This document shows positions 47,364 to 60,272 of a stretch of DNA of 64,000 bases, piece by piece. The notes under the pieces were generated by a model, which searched no databases, was not told where the DNA came from, and was given only the letters and a program-made list of their open reading frames with translations. The DNA lies in contig RHPI01000797.1 of assembly GCA_009103225.1 (NCBI GenBank), positions 619,064-683,063 on the forward strand. Direction: 5' to 3'. Each line of letters starts with the position of its first letter. Within the stretch, counting starts at the first letter, position 1. The position numbers and the translations under genes were made by a program. Source of the DNA: Chlorokybus atmophyticus (Eukaryota > Plantae > Mesostigma and Chlorokybus algae).

Positions 47364-49224
47364 ATGCCTCGTGGTCCATCCGTAAGTGCACCTCGTCGTG
47401 GAGGTCGGCGCCAGTTGTCCACATTGCCCCCAGTGTTCAACCAGGCAACCGTCGCCAACCAATCGCAGCAAGACCCCGCGCTAACGCCCAGCACATCACA
47501 ACAACTCCACCTGACACCGCAGTCGCAAGGGCAAGCTAGACTGCATGCGTTCTTGATGCACTGTGCACGTTGCTTCTTGCTCAACTTCTAACTTGGATGC
47601 TTGCTTCTATCATGACTAGCACAGTGACTCACTGCATGCGTTCTGGATACACTGTGCACGTTGTTCTTCTTTTGCAACTGTGAGGGTTGCATCTTTCATG
47701 GCTGGCAGCATGACTCATGTGGTTGTGCTTGCAGAGGGTCGATTGGAACCCCCAACCCAAACGCATTTGGCCGTGACGTGGCAACCTCGGCCGTCAGCAA
47801 CCCTTCCCCAAGCAAGTGGAAGATTGGCAACGAGGTAAGCACTGTGTGACACTGTGACACTGTGTGTATGTGTGTAACGGATTGTTCTTCTGTGGACAGC
47901 ATTTGCGAGATGCCGTCGTTGAAATCATAAACGGCCACTGGGTAGAGAGCCACGTTTATCCCAAGGAGGACACTATTCGTAACGTCATGTGTCAGGTGCT
48001 GTGAATGCTTCATGACCGCACTGCACCGTGACACTGACCAACCTGCCCGTGACAGGTAGTTGGCTTCGACCATGACGACGAGGCCGATGCGGCCAAGTTC
48101 TATGAGGTGTACTGGACTCCCAAGGAGTGCCCCTTCCACTGGAGTGTCGCCCTGAAGAAAGCTACGCAGGTCCGGTCTGAGAACGTCACCAAGATCAAGC
48201 ATGTCCTTGAGAAGGAGTACAAGTGGACACTGTTTAACAGCAACAAGCGCAAGTGAGTTGGGTCCCTCACCACCATGTCTGCTATGCAACACTGCCTTCT
48301 TACTCAGCCTCCATACACACGTACTCATCTCGCCTATTGTAACCGATTCAATCAGGCACATCGACGCCCTAATGGACCCCGAGACCCAAAAAGCCCAGAT
48401 GCGCAACGCGCTCCAAAGTAAGTCACAGGCACTATTCTAGCCTGGTGCAGGCTCAACTTGAACTATCTATTTCGTGACTAATGCCTTGTCGGTATGACTG
48501 TCGCAGACAAGTCATGGCGGAGATTTGAGGTGACCGACACTGCAGACCCGGAGCGGAGGAGATACATCCATGAATGGGGCAATCCCATAATCTGGCAAAT
48601 GATCGTGCAATGCTGGTCTTACGCCGTCACTACACCTGGTCGCCGGCAGCTGACAGTCAACCACCTCGCATACCTGTTGCTTACGGTGAGCACTCTGAAC
48701 TCCATCATTAGCAATTCATCAATGCTGTAGCCCCAAACTACAGGCTTGCAGACGCGTTGCAGTGAATATATATAGTGGCTTTCGAGGCCATTAAGACATG
48801 CCTGTAAACTACGCAGGTGGAGCGCATCCTAAAGGGCAAGGATGGAGACCCTCTCCTAGCTGCCAGCATCGACACACATGAAGAATACCTCAGCGAAATC
48901 AACACCATGATCATGTCAATGAAGCGGGAGATGAGGCAACGATACGCAGCCCTCCAGCCATTCACGCTTGTGAAACGCCGCGCTGCATCTTGTGTCCAAT
49001 ACTTGAAAGATCCCAACGGCGCCGACCGCAAGAGACAGCAGCTCGTGACCCGCTCGCTGAGGCAGAAGCGGCATTTGATTGGCTGGCACAACCGTTTGAG
49101 GAGGAAGAGCAAGCTCCGGCGTCTCCTCCACAGGCCCCAGCGCGTGGTGCTTTGTTCCGTAATGACGAGACCAGCGATGATGGAGAGGAGCTGTAGCGCA
49201 GTTGGTAGTCCGTTTAGCTGGTAG
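47364..49224 (+). CDS. Copy 2: 7-exon hypothetical protein
   Basis: Near-identical to 39973-41834, with the same exon borders. Confidence 0.6.
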
Positions 49225-49628
49225 TGTACATAGCTACAAGGCTCTTGTGACTGAGTGTTGTGCATCTTAAACCAACTCAGTCAATCGTCATTATGCTCAT
49301 GCACATCAATACTTGCATCCCTATGATGTACAAGAGAACTGCATTCGAGTCACATAATCGAACTACAAGCCTTGGCAAGTGACTGAGAGACATTGTACAC
49401 ATTGCAGGTACATGTACACAGCACAGGCACATAACAATGCTGGAAGTCAGTGACAGTCGCGTGTAGTCAAGCTATGCAAATACATATGATGACAGTTAGG
49501 CATTGGTCACCTTCAGTTGTTAAAGAATGCCTTATTTTGTCGATAATTACCTAGTTGGTGCTTGTGAATTAGGCTTAGTCGCCTGCGCTGGACTAGTGTG
49601 TAGTCTGCAGGTGTCTGTCACATAGGCT

Positions 49629-49932
49629 GAGTCACCTAAGTAAGACTGATGTGTAACTTGCAAGTGCCTGCTAATTAGGTGTAGTCACCTGTTAAGGCAT
49701 GATGTGTAACTTTCCGGTGCCCGTTGATTGGTTGTAGTCACCTGGTAAGGCCTGATAAGTAACTAACAGGTGCCTGTTATTTAAGTGTAATCGCCTGTTA
49801 AGGCCTGATAAGTAACTAACAGGTGGCTGTTAATTAGGCATAGTCACCTGCTAAGGCCTGATATGTAACTAACAGGCGCCTGTTGATTATGCATAGACAA
49901 CTGTTAAAGACCAAATTGTAACGGAAAGGGCC
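49629..49932. repeat. 53-bp minisatellite, about 5.7 units (one more than copy 1)
   Basis: Units start at 49629, 49682, 49735, 49788, 49841, 49894; palindrome aacaggcgcctgtt at 49871-49884. Confidence 0.9.
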
Positions 49933-51787
49933 TGATGGTAACGGAAGTTACTATTAGGTCCCTGTATCGAAATAACAGGTGGACTGAGCCACGATAGTCT
50001 AAATTAGTATTCTCAGGTGCACGGCCGTTGCCAATACTTGATCGGCCGGCAGGGGGAAACATATTGCGAAGTTCGTGATGACATCAACAGTTTCTTTAAG
50101 TGCATGTATTCAAACATGTTCTCGTGTGACTCCGTCTAAGCGCTGTAGGAACTTGTCTATGGCGCCTGATACCCCCACCACATCTCACGTCACTGACGCT
50201 GAAACAGGTGATTAATGTCATCGTCGCAAAGGTTTCAACCGTATCATGTGAACTATATAAATGCAGGGGAAGCAATGCCGCATTTGCCAACTCAGCAATC
50301 TACACCTGAGCTCATGCGTGCTGCTATCGACACTTTTAGTGCCAAACTGCTTTGTGTGAAGTAAGAAACATCGCTCGTCTACAAAACAAAAGTAAGGCAA
50401 ATTGTGCCAATGTTTTGATACACACCACTGATGGCATTGTTTGCAAACTGGTTGACGAGAACACAGTCCTGCGCGAGCGCAACCTGGAGCAAGCACAGCA
50501 GCTACGCAAAAACTATTGAAGAAGCTAGCAACACATGTAGCTAAGGCTGATGCCTGACATGCACACACACAACTCTACAGCTGCGAGAGCATACACAAGA
50601 GCAACACTTTCACTTGATTACAATTCAGTCATGGGTTTTTATACCCGCTGCTTGTACACCTGTCTACTCTAGAAGCAACTGTGTACGCTACACGTCATCT
50701 TTCATCATGAACTCAACTGCATGACGTAGCTAACTTCAAGACCTTTCTAACAAGCTAAGCCACGCGCCAAACGGTGACGTTTTCACCAAGTTATGACTGT
50801 TCTTGTGCGCGCCTGAAAGTCGCGCCTGGAACCTTCTCTTCGACTGGAGTCTCCGCCTAGTACCTTCTCGAATGGTGTCCGCGCCTGGAACCTTCTGGCG
50901 GCCAAACCTTCGGAGTTGACGCCTATGCCTATATGGAGGGCAAGGCTGACCGGATATAGAAAATATCCTCAACAAAAACCAGACACACCCTCATCCCCAG
51001 ATCGCTGCAAAGCTGTTGAAAATGATCAATGAACTCAATGGTCTGCGTGCAGGCCAAATGCTGCAGAACAACGCTCTGTTGACCTGAAGCGTGCATTACA
51101 CAAAGAGCGTGCTGAGCACGTAAAAATGACTGAAAGCGTCAAAAATGCAGACGCAGCAAGCATCGTGGGTTTACGCAAGCAGCTGACAGTAGCTTAGCGC
51201 AGGGCCACACAGTTGCAGCAACACAATAAGCGCAACGATGCAAAATTGACGCGTTTGCAATGCCAAATTGGAGAAGCCAACCAGACAATTGCTGCCAAAA
51301 AAAAGTCGTATGTTCCTGCACTATGTGATGTTCCAGCAATTGACTTGCTGATGTAGATTTCGAAAGTTGACAAGCGTCTTGCGTCTTCAAACGGCAAAAT
51401 GGCAATTTCGTGAGCGCGTTGAACCCAATGGCGTGCAGTTCGAGACCTTCCAGTAGGAACTGAAAGTCACCAGAAAGGAGTTAGACAGCTTGGCAAAATA
51501 CATGTTGAAAAAGGGCGACCTGGACTAAACAATTACAATTATGACATGTATCAACAAATGCAACACTGTAGTGTTTATTGGGTGGTGTACCAGGTGTCGC
51601 TTCTCAGTTGCAGAGATGTTAACAGGCAGCAGCAATTGCGACTATACCAAACACTCTGAGAGAAGCTTCGTACCTACCTCTGCACAGTTGCCCCGTTGCT
51701 GCGTGAAACAGCAACAACCGAAGAAATGTAGCAACATGTGCGCCAGGACTACAAGGGCAAGCGCGTGGTAGACAGTGAAGATAACAC

Positions 51788-51915
51788 ATGCGGTGCAAGC
51801 AGAAGCCAGTGGAAGCGTTGCTACCAATGCCACGTTGCGGAGCTACAATGTGCCGTCAGTGCTTGAAGAAGCTGCGCACAGGATCTCACCCTCAAATTGA
51901 GTGTCCTTTCTGCTG
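51788..51915 (+). pseudogene. RING-finger remnant
   Basis: C..CKQKPVEALLPMPRCGATMCRQCLKKL...ECPFC; the first Cys pair is offset by a frameshift. Confidence 0.45.
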
Positions 51916-52466
51916 CTGCTTTCACCTCATTTTTATGTATCGACCACCACGTGGTGCAGCGCTCCCCCATTTCCCTGTATATGAACTAAGCAGCAGGGAC
52001 GATGATGAGGATGTTGATACACGCAATACCGGTGCTGCTGGCGCTGGGCCTTTGCAGCCCCCCCCCCCCCCCCCCCNNNNNNNNNNNNNNNNNNNNNNNN
52101 NNNNNNNNNNNNNNNNNNNNNNNNNNNNNNNNNNNNNNNNNNNNNNNNGGGCCTTTGCCCCCCCCCCCCCCCCCCCCTGAATGGACCTGGATTTTATGGT
52201 ACCCGTTTTGCCCTTGTAGATGCATATGTCAAGTTTGTCAATTGAACAATCTTACTCTCTGTTGTTACCTGTATGGTTTTGTTGTTATGGAACATGCTTG
52301 TACAACATCCACATGGCCGCACACATTGTGTTGTCATATCGATACCAAAGCATGGTGTCGCACAAATTGTCAAACACACATGGTGAACCCCTCACAAACA
52401 ATAACCAGTTTCACGCCAGTTTCTTGTTTTTATATTGCCAAAACCGCTACTACTACGTCGGCACGC

Positions 52467-53906
52467 TCAAAATGCTTGGAACCTTGCTGGGTTGCCGTCG
52501 TCCATATCGTAACCTTTGCACCCACGAGAGTCGTATTGGGCGATATACCTAGCCTTTGACCAATCTATTCGCGCCTTGCAATGTCCTTCATCTAAAATTT
52601 CCAGCTGCACTTGCTCTTCGAAAGTTTTACTGCTATCAAAGTCAGGCAACATTTTCTTAGGCGGGTGTCTACGATGTTCCCTATAACATCGACCTGGGTG
52701 GCTACTTTGAGCGATATGTACTTTCTTTACATGTTGCCACATGTCATTTGCAGATAAACTTCGCATATGTGTTCATGGGTTGCGCACATATTTGAAGGTA
52801 TGTGCAGAGGCCCTAATGTTGGTGTTGGCTTGCTTGATGATGTTTCTTGTTGCCGAGGATCGCAGGATCATCTGGACCTGATCGTTTACCTGCAAAGAAT
52901 AATGTTACTATAAATGCTGCAGTACACATCCGATTGATGTTGAACAATGTTGACATACATGCGTAGCAAACGTAGAAGCAAAGAAACAGACAACGGGCAA
53001 AGGATAAGAAGCAAGGGAGACAATGAAAAACAGGAGTGTAACAAAAGATGGAGTGACTGCATGGGTTCGGGCTTGATGTGTCCATTGTTGGAACTCTGCT
53101 GCGCAACCATAGCATACTCATGTCATCGCGACTAATTTTGGCAAGCACAGTAATCCCATCATCAACTTGGATAACAACACACCTCATTGACAGCAACATT
53201 TGCTACTGAAGCTTCCTTTGGGTCTGCTTTGTTGATCTGCTCAATCATTTTTTCTGCCTTTGCTTGCGACATAAAACGCGCTGTCTTCCAGTTGCAAACT
53301 TTGCAAACGTGCACCAGCTCGAACACCTGTCAAACATCTGTTAACTACAGGTGCTTTGGCCAATGATTAAGTGTCACATTGATACATACCTGAGTAGCGG
53401 AAATTGGCTCTGCATTACCAGGAAGATCTGGGTTGTCCTTGCGCATCAGAGTGTCCCACAGCTTGTAAGCTACTTTGCACTTCAGGTCATCAGAAATGTC
53501 GATGCCGAGCTTTCTGAAGTAGTGGATGCATTCCTGCACATACATGCATCAGTTAACACATGCACCACAGTGTGTAAGTGTACATTAACCGCCTCTCACC
53601 AGTTGCAATGGAGTCTCCGCGGTTAATGCGAAACTTTTGAGCTCTCTCTTTGGCAGGGCGAATTAACTTATCGGCCTCTGGCTTGGTGAATAGTCCCTCC
53701 AGCTTGTCGCGAGTGATACCTGCTGAGTCACATGCTACCAGTTGTTTTGTTGTCAGCGGATGACCAGGCGCATCACCTCCAGAGCTACTGGTATGTGGAC
53801 GGTTAAAGCCAAGTTCGTCATTGGAAATTTGAGAGTGGAACCTCTCGAACAAGTCTTTCCCGGAAAAGACCTGTTGACGGGATCCCGTCAAAGTCCATGC
53901 TGTCAA
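52467..53906 (-). other. Multi-exon hypothetical gene fragments
   Basis: Protein-like exons with GT-AG borders (YVQECIHYFRKLGIDISDDLKCKVAYKLWD..., VFELVHVCKVCNWKTARFM...). No family recognised; ends uncertain. Confidence 0.3.
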
Positions 53907-54525
53907 CCAGGTGCATTGTCAATGTAACGCTAGCCAACATGTTTACTCACAGAGTTCGAGGCAAACTGAGCCACGGTGTTACCTGTGTCTGACTGAGGTG
54001 ACAGTTTTTGACGATGGGCAGGTGTCTAAGGCAGATGCGACAGGCATGTATGCACAATGCCCAGCGACTTGACATTTTATTTGGTGTAAATTTATAGCAG
54101 CGCTAGATATACTGCCAATGTATATCTGCGTGGCAAGGAACAGGGTCTGCATCGGCAAAGCACCGCGTGCTAAGCCATGCCGCGATGCGATTGGCGAGAA
54201 GAGATGGGATGGAGGAGATAATTGCATACAAAGCATGGTTAGATTACGGGCGATACGGCAATCAACTGAATGTGCCATGTCATCAAACCGTACAATGTGT
54301 ACAGTGCGGTCATGAGATTCAGTTCATGTTACGCGACATGGTCCAATATCGTCCAACATGGAACCATATAATGCAATGTGCAACATCGATCACACATGCC
54401 CAAACATCATGCGATATGCGTTGATATCAAACAACGTTGCGCAGCATCGTACCATATCGCAAAAATGATGCACAAAATATGTCACACCAATGCGCAACAC
54501 TGACTACACTTACTGGTTATTAACG

Positions 54526-55850
54526 TCAATCCCCAGGAACGGGCGTCATCTCTTCAAGGCGCGGCAAACGCGTCAACCATAAATAGGCCCTGTTTGTCAC
54601 ACGTGACAACGCCACATACCACAATCCAGGAGCAAAAGCTGCCTGCATGTGGACAACAGTAGTTGATTGTAGCGTTGCACCTTGACACTTGTGCACTGTC
54701 ATTGCATACGCTAGCTGCAAGGAAACACAGCTTTATAGCACGTTTTGCCTTGAAACGTTGTTAGCTGTATTGTTCGGCGCATCCACATGGATTCTGCAAA
54801 GTGATCAAATGTAACTTATATACTGCTCACATTACCTTTGTGTTATCTGAACTGCGTCAATGTTCCCAACGATCCATTGGCTATACCATCTTGCAGTGAA
54901 ACGTTTTTTAAAACCAACACCTTTGCTCCCTTGGCGACTGAAGGTAATAAGTTGAACCCAGGCTTGTAAATCCAGTCATACAGTTCGGGCACGTTCACTG
55001 CATTAAAAGTAATTTGTATTGGCACAATGGCATCGGCTGTAAAACGTTGTCTCACAATCATGCTGTTGAGCCAGTGTGTCTTGTACATGTGAACACAATA
55101 TGGTCGCATCACAGGTAACTGCTGTAAGTACTCCAAAGTGATTAGACAGCAACCTAACACATCCGCTATCGCTGTTGAACTGGGTATGTAAAAACAAATC
55201 TGTATCAAGAATTGAGCAAACAAAGGGTCTGAAGCATGACGCATTGAAACAGAAAGAACATGTTGCCTACGTAATGGCCACCTCTATGCTGCAAAAATAT
55301 GGCATTTGTGGCAAACTTGCGATGTGTCTTGGACTTTGTGTCCACAAACTGCTGGCAGGTGCTTGTGGTCACCAATCAATACAATGCCGAGTGTTTGTAG
55401 AAATCCTGGTCCACGAACTTGCTGTAAGCGCAGCATTATCAAGTCAAATAATCGCGATGTCATCATGTGAAACTCGTCAATAATTAACATCCGACAATGA
55501 TGTAACAGTTTGTAAGCATTATTGATAGCAATTACAAACTGAAGTTGCTAACCGTTGACAGGAATTGCAAAGTACAATTGAAGCAGATGAGCTTAGCCGC
55601 AGAGCCCAGCGCCAGTTGTAGCACTGAGTAAAACAGGTATCCCAACGCGCAACTTGTGAGTGATGAACTTGGTCAAAAACGTTTTGCCTGCTCTTGAACA
55701 ATCAGATATTACATGTAGACCAACCGGTGCTGCAATGATACTACTTGCGGTGCGTTCTTGCTGGCTGGTCGAAGATAAATTGTTCGCAAACGCAAACTCC
55801 TCAACATTCAAAGTACCTTGAAACATAGGCGGTAATGCATCTGAGTTCAC
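54526..55850 (-). pseudogene. PIF1-family (SF1B) helicase remnant, Helitron-like
   Basis: Eroded Walker A RAGKT, VLLSATTG, Walker B MLIIDEFHMM, IGDHKHLPAV, MRHASDP, GAKVLVLKNVSLQDGIANGSLG, AYAMTVHKCQGATL, YVALSRV. Several stops and frameshifts. Confidence 0.88.
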
Positions 55851-57079
55851 TGTCGCAGTTGAAGCTGGGGATGCAGGATTGGATGATGTTGCTGTTGGAT
55901 ACTGCGTGGTAGGTTCTCGTGCAGTTTGGCTGTCGGACCAGCTGCAGCCATAGCCAAGGCATCACTAGCATTATCAGTGGTCTGCATCATGGCGTTCATC
56001 ATATGGTGAATTTTAACATTATTGTATAGATAACATTCGGCATAGCGCGTGACACGTGTCAATAAACTGCGGTTTGTGTTGTTAAGAAACCCCGCAACAC
56101 ACTAAATTCAGCGCACATTCGCTTTGATAAGTGCAACCTATTGAGTAAGGGCTGAAGATTGTCCATGTGCGTTGACTCTCAAGGTCGTCCGTGTTCGCGA
56201 AGCAAATTCTCGCTATTGCAAAAGCATGTTTATTACATTAAAAGGTACTATAATTATCCCACTCAATTTGAAGTTGTCACAAATTTGTTGTTCATAAGAG
56301 AGTTACATGAACTTCATTGAGCGCGAAAGGGAGATTCAAAATTATACGTCATCCTGTCATCAGACGTTCAATATGGTCAATGCACGCAAATTTCGCCTGC
56401 CAAGCCACTTTGTATTAGGCGCTTTCAACCCAGCACTCATCTTGTGCTTCACTTGGTAACTCAAACAACATTTGATACGGCACGCTATGCACCATACATT
56501 TACACATCATACATGACAAGAATACATGTCTTTGTATTTGTGATTGTGCAACGGGTCACCGCACAGCTCATTCGGGCTATAAGTATAAATGCCCCATAAA
56601 GACACTGTCAGTATAAATGCTTTAAGTATAGAATGTCACGAAACCGATGGTGTACCGAGCAAATATTGTTGATTGTAAGTAATACTTATGTATTTGTAAA
56701 CATTATTAAAAATTTAATAAAAATTCCGCAACTTTAGCAAAGAGTTTACTTACATGAAGGGTCATGTCGCGCAATTGCGTTACAAAGTCACTGCGTGACG
56801 TTGATGCGCGACGCGGTTCGGTATAAGTATACTATAATCACAAAGAATATTGCGGTATACTATGCATTTGTGCTGTTTGTAAGAGTGTTTGATTCCTATT
56901 TATGGTTGCTGCAAGTTTTATGTCCAACCCCTCTAATAATGTCTCGTACGTTCTCTCGGCGCCTTACGCGTCGCTGCCCAATGATCGGATGCTTCTCGTG
57001 TAAACGCATCGTCTGACTGATTTAGGCGCGTATACAATCGCGTTGACGCGTGACTTTGGATTTCTTGCGGACCCTCGAT

Positions 57080-60030
57080 TAGAGCTGGCACGTTACAAAT
57101 TACACCCGTTACACACTACACATTAAAGCAGAATTTTACGCGTGTAATTGATACACATCCATAACCGTGTGTAATATTACAGATTGAGCCCTACATATTG
57201 ATTACACATGCATTGCTCGACTTGCCCGATACCATAGCACATTTTGCATGCACATCATGCAAATTTATAGCACTTTGAACTGCGACGCACGAACACTGTA
57301 TGTCGTGTGCATGTTACAAGCATGAAACAAACTGACAAACTAATAGTCCAAGTCAAAGGAAAGCTGCTCTACCTCTTCTACCGTCAACATTGGCTCTTCC
57401 TCTTCTCCCTCAAGGGGGGGCAAGTTCTCTAAGTAGTTAAGACAATCCACCCAGTCCTGAGCAGTGATGCAGCGAGCATTGCGATCAAGAACGCGTTGAT
57501 TGAAGAAGATGTACACTAACATGCCTACTCGACCAACAAGCAATGATCCTCGGCGCTTGCTCCACACATGGCTCCAGCAGGACCAGTTGCGCTCCGCACT
57601 TGCAGCCGTTGGGGCGATGCTAAGCACCATCCTCGCAATGTCCAGAAACAACGACATGTTCTCGCCGTACTTGTCCCACCAGTGCAGAGGATCACTGCCA
57701 AGTAAAGTATCGAAGGCATGTGGCGGAATGCCCAGTGCCTCAGGGTTGTCTTGATACTCGTGAATTTGCCGAATGGCCACAATACCTTTGTGCGGGTCTC
57801 CTAACAATGTCTGGGTGCATAATCAAGCATTATTGCAAGTCTTTATTACCAAGAGCACATCATGACATGCTTACTGTGCACAACTTCTCAGCCGAGGCCC
57901 GCTCTGCAAGAGGGATCAACGACAGCTTGGCCTTGTACTTTGGGTGCAGCATGGCAGCAAGGATAAAGACGTCATGCCACCCATACTCACGCCTACGCTT
58001 CCATGCCTGTTGTACCTCTGCCAACACCGGGTGCAGGTACTTATGATGAACGCAAGAGTCCACAGCGAATTGCATCTCAAATATTTGCCAATACGCATCT
58101 GCCAACGTGCATGAGTCTGACTCAAGGGCATAAATTGTAGCAGCAAAAGGTCTCAAAAACTCCTCCACTTGCGCACAGCTGTGCCAGAATTCGTTGCTAA
58201 GAACAATGTCTGTAACTGCTGCTGCTGCCTTGCGATCTTTGGCTGACACTCCCGTCGCATTGCTAGGAAAACCCGGATCGACAGTCAATGCACGTAGTGG
58301 CCCTTTGTTAAGCAGAAGCGCGTGCAACATGTGTTGGTTGCTAGCAAAGCGTGTAGCACATGCTAGCTCCAACCCTTTTTTCACCTATATCAAAGCTCAA
58401 TGAACACTAAGATGTCCAGTACATGCATGTCCAGCACGCATGCAAGACACTTGCATGCAAGCTTACTTGTTGGCAAGAGCGCATGGCAGCTAGAGCAGTG
58501 TTTTGCTTATCACGTGCTTCAAAGTACTTTACTACAACCTTAGCCTTCTTCAAAGCATTGTCAATGGGAGGTAAGCCACCAAAGTCAGTGAGAAGCAGAT
58601 TGTACACATGTGCTGAGCAACCGAAGGTGATAAGCCGCGGCATCTCAGCTCTCATTAGCTTCCAGTACTTTTGCATCACGCTTGGAGTGTCTGTGACAAT
58701 GGCAATGAGCTTGGACTGCAGCTCATGTTTCTCTAGCACTGCCATTGTGCGCTCCTTCATAAACTCAGCTGACAATGCACACTCAGTCAAGGCTATGCGT
58801 TACGCCCAGCATGATGACATGTGTTACACACAATGTACAGCAAGCTACCTGTTACGCTCTCCCCGCCTGATGTTGTCATGTCTAGAATGTAGGACTTGCC
58901 ACCTATGCTTGAAAGTTGATAACATGTGTGTCACCTGCATGACACACCCTCATGCATGAAGATGCAACACACAGTCAGATACGGGATTAGCATGTGCTGC
59001 ACATCATGGCGGCCAAGTACCTTGTGTGCGTCACCACCCGTCCGAGTTCAATGTTACATATGGAGCAACACTGAACTCAGCCTTGACCTTGTCCACAATC
59101 TTGTTGTAGACAGTAAACATGTGTTTTGTGCCTATGGTGTGCCGGTGAGGTAGCTTGAAGCCAGGGCGATAGGTTTCAAACCACCTCTTCACCGCTGGGT
59201 GCACCACCCAATTGTGTGGAATATTCGTCATGAAGAGTACTTCTGACAAACCCAACTGCACAGGCAACATTCAAAACATACCAACGCAATCACAAAGCGA
59301 TCACACACTGCAACTCACCTGCATCTCTTCAAGCTGACTGGTAGTCAGCACATCAATACCAGTCCTCAACTTGGCACTAGTCAGTGCAGGCTGACGTCGC
59401 GTGATTGCCGTGTCATTGAAGTCTTTGGCATCAATCAGCTGTTGGACTTCCTTGTCTGGGTTTCTCCTTGCAGCTTCAGATGCAAGATAGCCGCATACAC
59501 GTGCATTCAACAAGTGTTTCTTATTGTGCGTAACGTTGGACAAGCCTCCCTTGAAAGTGCAGAACTTGCATTGTCCTTTGCCATCTGATGCGACAATGAA
59601 TGCATCCCGCACCCAATTCTTCTTCTTTGCATGATCAGACGCAATTGATGGCAAGCCATGAGTAGGTCGCTTGTTCAAGTTGGCGTCAGGCAAGCTGCGG
59701 CCTATACGCAAAACTGCGGACCTGCTAACAGCGTCCATGCACACTTAGTGCAAGTTTATCACATAATGAAAGATCACTAAGCAAATCTCAATCTTTATGC
59801 CTTATTGTTACCCTTAATAGCTACCCCAATTTGTCGGCAGCTCAGACACACAACGGACTACGCTAGAACAGGGGCATGCACATGGTGCATTGCACCAGCA
59901 CTGCCTCCCTTACCTGGTAGAGCCAAGAGCCGACGCTTGAGAAACTCTCGCCAGCTCCGCTCCCATCCATGGACGTGCCATCAATCATCAAGTTGTTCCC
60001 AAGCCCCTCGCCATCCACCTACATGCCGCC

Positions 60031-60069
<39 letters not shown>

Positions 60070-60272
60070 TGATTGCCAGGCCCCTGCAGCGGCCTGGTCT
60101 GGGCCTTGTGCGCACCTTGTGCGCGCACATATTGCGCACTGGAGCTTGTGCGCACCGCACTTGGAGGGGACGCGCACAAGCCCTGTGTAATTACAATTAC
60201 ATGTATAACGACTGTATTTTACATGTGTAATCAATACACATGCGTCTATTTCACTGTAATTTGCCAGCTCTA
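57080..60272 (-). mobile_element. Full-length hAT DNA transposon (3193 bp)
   Basis: Perfect 11-bp TIRs TAGAGCTGGCA (57080-57090 / 60262-60272), 8-bp TSD CCCTCGAT / CCCTCGAC (7 of 8), subterminal TTACA/TGTAA repeats. Confidence 0.95.
57340..59738 (-). pseudogene. hAT transposase (BED finger, DUF659-like core, hATC dimerisation domain), spliced, lightly damaged
   Basis: CKFC...HLLNARVC; TLNSDGW; IVTDTPSVM; CSAHVYNLL; CATRFAS; AAMLHP; WW...SAERNWS. Stop at 59031-59033 right after DGW and a 1-nt frameshift near 58907. Confidence 0.88.

Larger units (their letters stand above)
35265..50069 (+). repeat. Tandem direct duplication of a ~7.4-kb unit (35265-42625 and 42630-50069)
   Basis: Both units start tacaagga(t/c)actcgcatactaccacgatcgtagagta and end aaacatattgcga. 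All internal ORFs are paired in the ORF track. Confidence 0.97.

Noticed and set aside
52040-52178. Poly-C tracts and repeated gggcctttgc around an N gap (also poly-G at 43102-43125 and 61534-61633)
   Set aside because: Typical homopolymer assembly breaks; the poly-Pro/Gly ORFs they produce are not credible.
28652-56000. Endogenous giant-virus insertion as the source of the MTase, OTU, RING and helicase genes
   Set aside because: No capsid, packaging ATPase, PolB or viral RNA polymerase motifs seen, and most genes have spliceosomal introns. A viral ancestry of individual domains is not excluded.
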